Source: Clostridiales bacterium
GTDB lineage: Bacteria > Bacillota > Clostridia > Peptostreptococcales > Anaerovoracaceae
Assembly: GCA_012513435.1 (NCBI GenBank)
Contig: JAAZCE010000040.1
Location: forward strand, 32,570 to 96,569
Length of the DNA: 64,000 nt
Direction: 5' to 3'
How positions within the stretch are numbered: position 1 is the stretch's first letter; the number at the start of each line of letters is the position of its first letter. Under the pieces are notes generated by a model, which was not told where the DNA came from, made no database searches, and was given only the letters and a program-made list of their open reading frames with translations. Of the stretch, positions 41,882 through 49,553 are shown piece after piece. Made by a program: the position numbers and the translations under genes.

Positions 41882-41908
41882 TTATAAAAGCTGTATTAAA
41901 AAAGGAGG
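41853..41908 (+). promoter_or_regulatory. Sigma-A promoter and RBS of the ubiquitin-domain gene
   Basis: TTGACT (41853-41858), 18 bp, TATAAT (41877-41882); AGGAGG at 41903-41908. Confidence 0.65.
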
Positions 41909-41914
41909 GGGCCA

Positions 41915-42295
41915 ATGAAGTCTAAAAGACGGATATTGATTTTAATGGCGGCAATAACGGTTTTGGTGTTTTCCACGGAAATATGCTTTGGTATGCAGAT
42001 TTTTGTCAAGACACTGGCGGGACAGGATTTAACCTTGGAAGTTGAGCCAAGCGATACCATTGATAATGTCAAAGCAAAAATACAAGATCAGGAAGGAATT
42101 TCGCCAGAGCATCAAATATTGACCTTTGCAGGACAGCAGCTGGAGGATGGACGCACATTGGCCGATTACAATATACAGAAGGAATCAACTCTCCATTTAT
42201 TTGATATTAATAATACGTTCAAGATAACTGTAAATCAGCCACAGCCAGGCGGAACCATCAACGCATCGGCAGAATATGCGCGTAAAGGCCAGTAG
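41915..42295 (+). CDS. Secreted protein with a eukaryote-type ubiquitin domain (ends at an in-frame TAG)
   Basis: 26-aa signal peptide (KSKRR, hydrophobic core, CFG) then [15 protein letters not shown], 56/70 identical to human ubiquitin by manual alignment. Confidence 0.93.
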   Translation: MKSKRRILILMAAITVLVFSTEICFGMQIFVKTLAGQDLTLEVEPSDTIDNVKAKIQDQEGISPEHQILTFAGQQLEDGRTLADYNIQKESTLHLFDINNTFKITVNQPQPGGTINASAEYARKGQ

Positions 42296-42547
42296 GTAAC
42301 TTTAACTGCAACTCCGGCAACTGGATACAAATTGAAGAGCATATTTGTCAATGGCGAGCCTATAACTGGTAATACATTTATTATGGGTGAGGAAGATATA
42401 ACAGTAACGGCGGAATTTGTAGTAATTGAAACTCCACTAGATGAGAGTGCTCAAACCGGAGATGATTCCAGGGCCATAGGCTTCGGCGTAATCGCACTTA
42501 TTGCAGCAGGCGTGCTTCTTTATGGAGCTAGGTCGGCTATAGACTGA
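42296..42547 (+). pseudogene. In-frame continuation beyond TAG: rest of an Ig-like repeat, sortase-like motif and TM
   Basis: Same frame as 41915; VTLTATPATGYKLKSIFVNG..FIMGEEDITVTAEF completes the repeat begun before the stop; SAQTGD plus hydrophobic stretch. Confidence 0.75.
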
Positions 42548-42698
42548 TGTTTTTGTAAAACGTTGCAGAGCTTCGCAATGTGGCTTAATTTTTACAACAT
42601 AGCCCCGTTGTGGCCTTGATTTTAATGGTCAATTATCGTAATTGTTGTGGAATTTAGTTCTTAACTAAAAAATATACAACAAAAGAGAAATTTTTTTA

Positions 42699-42727
42699 TT
42701 GACAAAGATAGTGTAAATCCGTACAAT
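42699..42727 (+). promoter_or_regulatory. Sigma-A promoter for the tRNA-Leu locus
   Basis: TTGACA-17-TACAAT. Confidence 0.8.
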
Positions 42728-42752
42728 AAAGTGGTACGTGTTTTCTAATTTA

Positions 42753-42905
42753 AATATGCGGCCTTGGCGGAATAGGCAACGTACATCGAAGATGTACTCC
42801 TACGTTCGTCGGCAAGCGACTCATTACGCTGTCCGTTTTTCTTAGCAACTCGCAAGCTCGTTGAGAAAAAAGGCAGACGCGCACAATGTTCAAACGTGTG
42901 CATCT
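42753..42905 (+). repeat. Partial duplicate of the tRNA-Leu(GAG) 5' half interrupted by a 92-bp structured insert
   Basis: 42753-42778 = 42917-42942 (26 bp); 42871-42884 = 42938-42951 (14 bp); AGGCA repeated on both sides of 42779-42870. Confidence 0.85.
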
Positions 42906-42921
42906 ATAAAAAACATAATAT

Positions 42922-43004
42922 GCGGCCTTGGCGGAATAGGCAGACGCGCACGTTTGAGGGGCGTGTGGGAGACCGTACCGGTTCAAGTCCGGTAGGCCGC
43001 ACCA
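42922..43004 (+). tRNA. tRNA-Leu(GAG)
   Basis: GCGGCCT/AGGCCGC acceptor, anticodon loop TTGAGGG, variable arm, GTTCAAG T-loop, encoded CCA. Confidence 0.96.
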
Positions 43005-43017
43005 TATTGAAGCGATT

Positions 43018-43054
43018 CGGACCTTGTCTTAAAGGAGATAGGTTCGTTTTTTTT
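43018..43054 (+). terminator. Intrinsic terminator after tRNA
   Basis: CGGACCTTGTCTT / GGAGATAGGTTCG imperfect stem followed by a T8 tract. Confidence 0.65.
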
Positions 43055-43112
43055 ACATAAAATTAACAAAAGTATGATTGCCTATTTAACACAGTGACTG
43101 TATACTTAAACC

Positions 43113-43886
43113 ATGAAAGAATTAAGAGAGAAAAAAGGATTTATATGCGACATGGACGGCGTTATCTACCACGGGAACAGATTGCTTCCCGGCGTCGAGG
43201 ACTTTGTGGATTGGCTGTATGGGGAGAACAAGAACTTTCTTTTCCTGACCAATTCATCGGAGCGCACTCCAAGAGAGCTTCAGCAGAAGCTGCTGAGAAT
43301 GGGCCTTGAAGTGGATGAAAGCCATTTTTATACCAGCGCACTGGCAACCGCAAAGTTTATCAGCGGTCAGTGTCCGAGAGGAAGCGCCTACGTTATCGGT
43401 GGAACAGGGCTTATCATGGCTCTGCACGATGCTGGAATCTCCATGAACGATGTTGACCCTGATTACGTCATCGTCGGCGAGGGAAATAGCTGTAATTACG
43501 AGAACATACTGAAGGCTGTACGGCTGGTCCTTAAAGGAGCAAAGCTCATAGGTACAAACAGCGATATTACAGGGCCTGCGGAGGACGGACTCATACCGGC
43601 CTGCCGGGCAATGATTTCACCTATTGAAATGGCAACGGGACAGTCGGCATACTTTGTGGGGAAACCTAACCCCTTGATAATGCGTACAGGCTTGCGTATT
43701 CTAGGTGTTCACTCCGAAGAAGCAGTAATGATAGGTGACAGAATGGATACGGATATAGTTTCGGGGATCGAGACAGGCCTTGACACCGTGCTGGTGCTTT
43801 CAGGGGTAACGGACATGGAGGATATCAAGAGATTTCCTTACGGTCCGCGGCTTATACTGAACGGTGTGGGGGATATATTGGGTTAG
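43113..43886 (+). CDS. HAD-IIA family hydrolase (NagD-like)
   Basis: DMDGVI, LTNSS, GKPN, IGDRMDTD. Confidence 0.94.
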   Translation: MKELREKKGFICDMDGVIYHGNRLLPGVEDFVDWLYGENKNFLFLTNSSERTPRELQQKLLRMGLEVDESHFYTSALATAKFISGQCPRGSAYVIGGTGLIMALHDAGISMNDVDPDYVIVGEGNSCNYENILKAVRLVLKGAKLIGTNSDITGPAEDGLIPACRAMISPIEMATGQSAYFVGKPNPLIMRTGLRILGVHSEEAVMIGDRMDTDIVSGIETGLDTVLVLSGVTDMEDIKRFPYGPRLILNGVGDILG

Positions 43887-43995
43887 TTGCAGTCATAATA
43901 ATTGTAGCTGGAGTGCCGTTCCAGAGTTAGGCTAGTTATAACAAAAAAATTGTAGAATCCTATACTATAAGGGTTTTTTGTGTTATAATCACCCT

Positions 43996-44793
43996 ATGAA
44001 AAATAGCAGAAATAATCATACAATAAATAAGAGTAGAAATCGCAAGGTAGCACAGGAGAGAAGACGGATAGCTTTTAAGGTGCTTGTATTATCCCTTGCT
44101 TTTCTGACTCTTTTTCTTTTGCATGATCTGTATGTTTATAAAACAGATTCAAAGATCGATCCTAATGACCCGTATCCGGTAATGGGAGTGGATGTTTCTT
44201 CATATCAGAAGGATATAGACTGGGTCGGCTTGGAAAGCGAAGGAGTGGAATTTGCTTTCATCAAGGCAACCGAGGGCAGCAAGCATATAGACGGAAGATT
44301 TGAATATAACTGGGAAGAAGCTCATAAGACTAGAATGAAGGTGGGTGCTTATCACTTCCTCAGCTTTGATTCCAAGGGCAGCTCTCAGGTGAGCAACTTT
44401 ACTAAAACCGTAAACCGTAAGTGGGGCATGCTGCCCCCTGTAGTGGACGTGGAACTGTATGGAGATTATCTGGATACTCCGCCGAAAGCCCAAAAAGTTC
44501 AGAAGATATTGGATGAAGTTTTGCAAGGACTTGAAAAAAAATACCACAAAAAGCCTATCATATATACGAATACATACGTATATGAATTATACATATCAAA
44601 GGAATATAAGGATTATTCAATATGGCTGAGCAACCCGGATATTCCGAAGAAGCTCCCCGACGGGAAAAGGTGGACTTTCTGTCAATATACCTTTGAAGGC
44701 ATATCAAAGTACGTTGCCAACGGGGAAAAATACGTGGACTTCAACGTGTTTTATGGCAGTAAATGGGATTTCAAAAAATACAAGGGAAGATAA
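43996..44793 (+). CDS. GH25 muramidase with N-terminal membrane anchor
   Basis: GVDVSSYQ, FIKATEG, GAYHF, DVE, VDFN; one N-terminal TM. Confidence 0.92.
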   Translation: MKNSRNNHTINKSRNRKVAQERRRIAFKVLVLSLAFLTLFLLHDLYVYKTDSKIDPNDPYPVMGVDVSSYQKDIDWVGLESEGVEFAFIKATEGSKHIDGRFEYNWEEAHKTRMKVGAYHFLSFDSKGSSQVSNFTKTVNRKWGMLPPVVDVELYGDYLDTPPKAQKVQKILDEVLQGLEKKYHKKPIIYTNTYVYELYISKEYKDYSIWLSNPDIPKKLPDGKRWTFCQYTFEGISKYVANGEKYVDFNVFYGSKWDFKKYKGR

Positions 44794-44818
44794 ATAAATC
44801 AACAATTCAGGAGGAAGT

Positions 44819-47800
44819 ATGCTTTCAAAGTTCAGCATAAAAAGACCCTTTACGGTGCTGGTGGCTGTAATCGCAATATTAGTATTCGGTGTTATCGCAT
44901 ATATCAAGATGACACCTGATTTATTTCCAAACATAAACACACCTTACGTCGTAGTCATGACAACCTATCCGGGAGCAAGTCCTGAGGAGGCGGAGATCGA
45001 AATCACAGAGCCTCTTGAACAGCAGTTTGCTACACTTGCCAATATTAAAAACGTAACCTCTGTTTCCGCTGCCAACTATTCGGTAGTATCTCTTGAATTC
45101 TCCGATGATGTAAATATGGATTCCATATCGGTGGACATAAGAGACAAGATAGACCAGATAGAGGGGAATCTTCCCGAAATGTCAGGAACTCCTGTAGTAA
45201 TGAAAATTAATCTTAATATGCTTCCCATAGTTACTGCGGCAGTGGGGATGGAAGACAAATCCTCAGGACAGGTATCCCAATTCACCAAGAAAAATCTTCA
45301 GAGCCCGCTGGAGGGGACGGAAGGCGTAGCCTCGGTCTCAGCTATGGGCATGGTGGACGACAGCGTTCAGATAGTACTTTCCCAGAGTAAAATAGACGAG
45401 ATAAACAAAAAAGTATCCGACGCCATAGCCAAGCAGTTTGGTTCAGGTGAAGGGCAGATAAATGGCGGCATAAGCGCCGCAAACGACGGCAAAAAACAGA
45501 TAGAGTCAGGGAAAAAGGCTATTTCCGCAGGTCAGAGCCAGGCTGCCGCCCAGCTTGAAACAGCCAAAGCACAGCTTGAAAAGACAAGAAAAGACCTTGT
45601 GGACCTAAAAAACAACGGAACGGTTCTTTCTAACCTGCTGCTGGACTATAATGCAGCAGTTTCATCGGGAGATAACAATCTCCAGGCCTTTTATTTGAAA
45701 AAAATGAACAACAGGGGCATAGCAGATGTCGTTGAACTTGAGCAAATGGTGGGGCAACTAAAAACCGTAGATGATAAGATAGCGGCAATAGACCAGTCAA
45801 TCAGGAGCATCGATTCTCAGATGGCAAGTCTGTCATTTTCACTGGGCAGCCAGTATGCTGACCTTGCTGCAGCCGAAAGCACAATAGCAGCTACTGTCAA
45901 TCAGCTTCAATCGGCTCTTGCCGATGTGCAGAGCTCCGAAAAAGCCGCCCTTGAAAGTGCGGATATGACCGGCGTTTTGACTATGGATAACGTTTCGGCA
46001 ATATTAAATGCCCAGAACTTTTCCATGCCAGCCGGCTATGTGACCGACGGAGAAGCAGAAATACTTGTTAGCGTGGGAGACAAGATAAAAAACAAGGATG
46101 AGTTAAACAATCTGGTATTATTCGATATGGGTATAGAGGACGTAGACCCAATACGTCTATCTGATATCGGGACTGTTTCATACACCGACGAAACATCTGA
46201 CACCTATGCGAAAATCAACGGAGAAAACGGAGTACTTCTGAGCTTTACAAAGCAGTCCAGCTATGCTACAGCTATAGTTGCAGACAACATTCAAGACAAA
46301 TTCGCAGAGCTGGAGAGAAAATACAAGGAGCTTAAATTCACCACGCTTTCTGACCAGGGTGAATACATTCACATAGTTATAAACTCTGTGCTGCAAAACC
46401 TGTTTCTCGGAGCTATACTGGCAATATTGATATTGCTTTTCTTCCTGAGGGATTTAAGACCGACTTTGATTACAGCTCTAAGCATCCCTATAAGCCTTGT
46501 CTTTGCAGTTGTATTGATGTATTTCTCAGGTGTGTCACTCAACATGGTTTCCTTGGCAGGACTTGCCGTGGGAGTCGGTATGCTGGTGGACAATTCTATC
46601 GTAGTGATAGAAAATATATACAGGCTAAGGTCAATGGGCTACAGCAGAACTCAGGCGGCTGTTTCCGGTGCAGTTCAGGTGACGGGAGCTATTACCGCAT
46701 CTACCCTGACCACCATATGCGTTTTCGTTCCTATCGTGTTTGTAGACGGTATGACAAAGGATATATTCGTGGACCTGGCTTTGACGGTTACCTATTCGCT
46801 GCTTGCCAGCCTTGTAATTGCACTGACTCTTGTTCCTGCTATGGCTAAGGGCCTTCTTGTAAAGGACACCAAGACATCTGTCCTAAGTCAAGGCAGCAAG
46901 CCTATCACCAAGTACAAGGAAATAGTGGGCTGGGGGCTGAAGCACAAGACCTTGGTCATAGTTTTAGCCGTGTTCCTGCTCTTTGCATCGAGCGGTTTGG
47001 CGCTTATGAGAGGCTTCTCATTTATGCCTTCCATGTCTACGCCTCAGGTCTCCGCTACTATCCAGATGCCGGACGAAAGCACCTTGGAAGAAACCTCCAA
47101 AGCTACAGATGAAATAGCCAAGGAGGTCAAGAAGGTAGACGGTGTTGAAACGGTAGGAGCAATGCTGGCCAGCGATACTCTAGGAATGATGGGTATGTCT
47201 GCAGCACAGCAGGACGTTACATCTACCATGCTTTATATCGTCTTGGAGGAAGATAAGGCTGAAAACGGAAAGATAATAGCCAACAAGCTGGAAAAGCTGG
47301 CCAAGAAATACGATTGTAAAATAGTTACCTCAGCGGATATGGATATGACATCTATGCTAGGGGGAAGCGGCGTTGCCATAAACCTTTATGGTGAAGACCT
47401 TGATAAGCTGAGAACGACAGGCGCCGCAGTAGAGAGGCAGCTGAATTCCATGAAGGAGCTTGAAGAGGTTTCTGATATAAACGAGGAGAGCACCAAGGAG
47501 CTTAAGGTCGTGGTAAACAAAAACGAAGCTATGAAGGAGGGCCTTACGGTAGCTCAGGTATATCAGGAAATAGCCTCCAAGCTGACAAAGGAAAAGACGG
47601 CGACTACGCTGGTGCAGTCGGGAAGCGATATTGACGTTGTAATTGAAAGTTCGGCGGCATCAGGTTTCACGGAGTCGGACCTGAGGAATATGAAGCTGAC
47701 GGTGGAAGAGCAGGATGGAACGAAATCTCAGGTTTCCCTGACCTCCATAGCGGAAATAAAGATAGACGCATCTCTTGACAGTATCAACCACGATAATCAG

Positions 47801-48487
47801 AAGCGAAGTCTTCTGGTTACGGCGGCTGTAAAGGACGATTACAACGTGACCTTGGTTACTGATAAGGTGCAGGATACTATTTCCAGCAAGAATATAGTAC
47901 CTAAGGGCGTGACTATAGATTACGGGGGCGAGAATGAAGAAATCATGAATGCCATGAGTCAGATGATGCTTATGCTTCTGGTGGGCTTCATACTGGTGTA
48001 CCTTGTTATGGTAGCCCAGTTCCAGTCACTGAGGTCGCCTTTTATCGTTATATTCACAATACCCCTTGCCTTTACGGGAGGAATGCTGGCGCTGCTTATA
48101 TTTGGCAAGGATGTTAGCGTGGTTTCCATGATGGGCTTTGTTATGCTCATGGGTATTGTCGTTAACAACGCCATTGTTCTCGTTGACTGTATCAACAGAT
48201 TCAGGCTTGAGGGAATGGGAATGGATGAAGCTATAATAAGCGCAGGAGCAGTGAGAATGAGACCTGTTATCATGACTGCAGTAACTACTGTTTTAGGGCT
48301 TTTGCCTCTGGCAATCGGAATAGGCACAGGAGCTGAAATGATGCAGCCAGTGGCTCTTGTATGTATAGGAGGACTTATATATGCCACTCTTATGACCCTC
48401 ATAATAATACCGATAATGTATAAAATATTTGCTAAAAAACACATGGAAAAAATTAAAGAAGAAGAACTTGAAATAGTAACTGTATAA
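44819..48487 (+). CDS. RND (AcrB/SwrC-like) efflux transporter permease
   Basis: YPGASPEE, GMLVDNSIVVIENI, GIVVNNAIVLVD, RMRPVIMT; about 190-aa helical insertion. Confidence 0.93.
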   Translation: MLSKFSIKRPFTVLVAVIAILVFGVIAYIKMTPDLFPNINTPYVVVMTTYPGASPEEAEIEITEPLEQQFATLANIKNVTSVSAANYSVVSLEFSDDVNMDSISVDIRDKIDQIEGNLPEMSGTPVVMKINLNMLPIVTAAVGMEDKSSGQVSQFTKKNLQSPLEGTEGVASVSAMGMVDDSVQIVLSQSKIDEINKKVSDAIAKQFGSGEGQINGGISAANDGKKQIESGKKAISAGQSQAAAQLETAKAQLEKTRKDLVDLKNNGTVLSNLLLDYNAAVSSGDNNLQAFYLKKMNNRGIADVVELEQMVGQLKTVDDKIAAIDQSIRSIDSQMASLSFSLGSQYADLAAAESTIAATVNQLQSALADVQSSEKAALESADMTGVLTMDNVSAILNAQNFSMPAGYVTDGEAEILVSVGDKIKNKDELNNLVLFDMGIEDVDPIRLSDIGTVSYTDETSDTYAKINGENGVLLSFTKQSSYATAIVADNIQDKFAELERKYKELKFTTLSDQGEYIHIVINSVLQNLFLGAILAILILLFFLRDLRPTLITALSIPISLVFAVVLMYFSGVSLNMVSLAGLAVGVGMLVDNSIVVIENIYRLRSMGYSRTQAAVSGAVQVTGAITASTLTTICVFVPIVFVDGMTKDIFVDLALTVTYSLLASLVIALTLVPAMAKGLLVKDTKTSVLSQGSKPITKYKEIVGWGLKHKTLVIVLAVFLLFASSGLALMRGFSFMPSMSTPQVSATIQMPDESTLEETSKATDEIAKEVKKVDGVETVGAMLASDTLGMMGMSAAQQDVTSTMLYIVLEEDKAENGKIIANKLEKLAKKYDCKIVTSADMDMTSMLGGSGVAINLYGEDLDKLRTTGAAVERQLNSMKELEEVSDINEESTKELKVVVNKNEAMKEGLTVAQVYQEIASKLTKEKTATTLVQSGSDIDVVIESSAASGFTESDLRNMKLTVEEQDGTKSQVSLTSIAEIKIDASLDSINHDNQKRSLLVTAAVKDDYNVTLVTDKVQDTISSKNIVPKGVTIDYGGENEEIMNAMSQMMLMLLVGFILVYLVMVAQFQSLRSPFIVIFTIPLAFTGGMLALLIFGKDVSVVSMMGFVMLMGIVVNNAIVLVDCINRFRLEGMGMDEAIISAGAVRMRPVIMTAVTTVLGLLPLAIGIGTGAEMMQPVALVCIGGLIYATLMTLIIIPIMYKIFAKKHMEKIKEEELEIVTV

Positions 48488-48496
48488 TGGTATAAT
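48468..48496 (+). promoter_or_regulatory. Sigma-A promoter for tRNA-Leu(CAA)-yajC
   Basis: TTGAAA-17-TATAAT with TG extension, overlapping the RND 3' end. Confidence 0.7.
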
Positions 48497-48507
48497 TATG
48501 CCGTTAC

Positions 48508-48594
48508 GCCGGCGTGATGGAATTGGCAGACGTGCGGGACTCAAAATCCCGTGGTGGCAACACCGTATGGGTTCGACCCCCATCGCCGGCACCA
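48508..48594 (+). tRNA. tRNA-Leu(CAA)
   Basis: GCCGGCG/CGCCGGC acceptor, CGGGA-CTCAAAA-TCCCG anticodon arm, long variable arm, GTTCGAC, CCA. Confidence 0.97.
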
Positions 48595-48645
48595 TTTCGT
48601 AAAAAATTTTGGTAAGCGGGTATTTAAGCCCACAGGAGGTAATTA

Positions 48646-49092
48646 ATGAACGGAACATTGGTAACGATACTCCCTCTGATACTCTTATTGGTAATAATGT
48701 ATTTCTTGCTTATAAGACCTCAAAAGAAGAGAGAAAAAGAAGTTAATGCTATGAGGAGCAGTGTTCAGGTTGGAGATGAAATAATCACAATTGGCGGCAT
48801 TTGTGGTAAAATCGTGAAAACTAAGGATGAGTCTCTTGTAATTCAGGTTGGAGCCGATAAGGTGAAATTTGAGATTATGAGATGGGCTGTTTCCAAGGTA
48901 GTTGAAGAAGGCAAGGGACGTGCTACGAGAGCAAGAGCCGAAGAAATCGAAGAAGATGAAGAAGAAGTTGAAGTTAGGAAAGCAAAGCCTAAGAGAATGA
49001 AGAAGGCTGCTCCTGTAGAGGAAGAAGCTCCTGCTGAAGAGCTTGACGTTGCTGACGAAGAGGAAGCAGAGGCTACTGAAGAAGAAAAATAG
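48646..49092 (+). CDS. yajC: Preprotein translocase subunit YajC (acidic C-terminal extension)
   Basis: TM + YFLLIRPQKKR, GDEIITIGGICG. Confidence 0.95.
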   Translation: MNGTLVTILPLILLLVIMYFLLIRPQKKREKEVNAMRSSVQVGDEIITIGGICGKIVKTKDESLVIQVGADKVKFEIMRWAVSKVVEEGKGRATRARAEEIEEDEEEVEVRKAKPKRMKKAAPVEEEAPAEELDVADEEEAEATEEEK

Positions 49093-49105
49093 AGTCGTAA
49101 AACCT

Positions 49106-49143
49106 GACTGTTTCAAATCCTATGGTTTGAGGCAGTCTTTTTT
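49106..49143 (+). terminator. Intrinsic terminator
   Basis: GACTGTTTCAAAT / GTTTGAGGCAGTC followed by T6. Confidence 0.8.
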
Positions 49144-49179
49144 GTTTGCAAAAAAATATAATGTATTAGGAGGTGAAAA

Positions 49180-49452
49180 ATGGATATTTTAAGAAGAAGT
49201 ATAAAGGTGTATTGCATAGGGGTCGGATTGTTTATAATATCCAGCTTTATTATAGCTGCTTTAATATGTTTCACAGGCTTTAAGGAGAGCTGGTCCTTGT
49301 ACGGGATATATGGGGCATTAGGATATTCATCGCTGCTGATAGTGGTTTTGGAGAGTAAAATAGTCGCCAGGCGAGGATTATTACTTGGCTTGGGATTAGG
49401 TCTTGTGTTTTTCTTTTCTATACTGGCCACCGCAAGGCTGATTTTCCTTTAG
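49180..49452 (+). CDS. Small membrane protein, probably TIGR04086/DUF3792 family
   Basis: AGGAGG RBS; three TM; RRGLLLG; position after yajC. Confidence 0.6.
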   Translation: MDILRRSIKVYCIGVGLFIISSFIIAALICFTGFKESWSLYGIYGALGYSSLLIVVLESKIVARRGLLLGLGLGLVFFFSILATARLIFL

Positions 49453-49553
49453 AATAATGAAAAATCAATGGATTTCGCTTGTTATGATGTCCAAAAAGTA
49501 GTAAAATGTTATATGTATGATTACACTAAAGATACTGGAGGATAATAGCTCAT

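Noticed and set aside
41993-42202. Eukaryotic contamination as the source of the ubiquitin sequence
   Set aside because: It is in frame with a bacterial signal peptide, has a bacterial promoter and SD, is contiguous with coaE and diverges about 20% from eukaryotic Ub at protein level; read-level checks would still be decisive
42293-42295. Genome-wide TAG reassignment
   Set aside because: dnaG, rpoD, polA, yajC and secDF end at TAG at their expected C-termini
42750-42986. 78-aa minus-strand ORF
   Set aside because: Antisense to the tRNA and its duplicate; no RBS or recognisable motif
42753-43004. attL/attR of an integrated island at tRNA-Leu
   Set aside because: The copies are only 164 bp apart, involve the 5' half, and there is no integrase in the window
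43996-44793. Prophage endolysin
   Set aside because: N-terminal TM anchor and no holin, structural or integrase genes nearby
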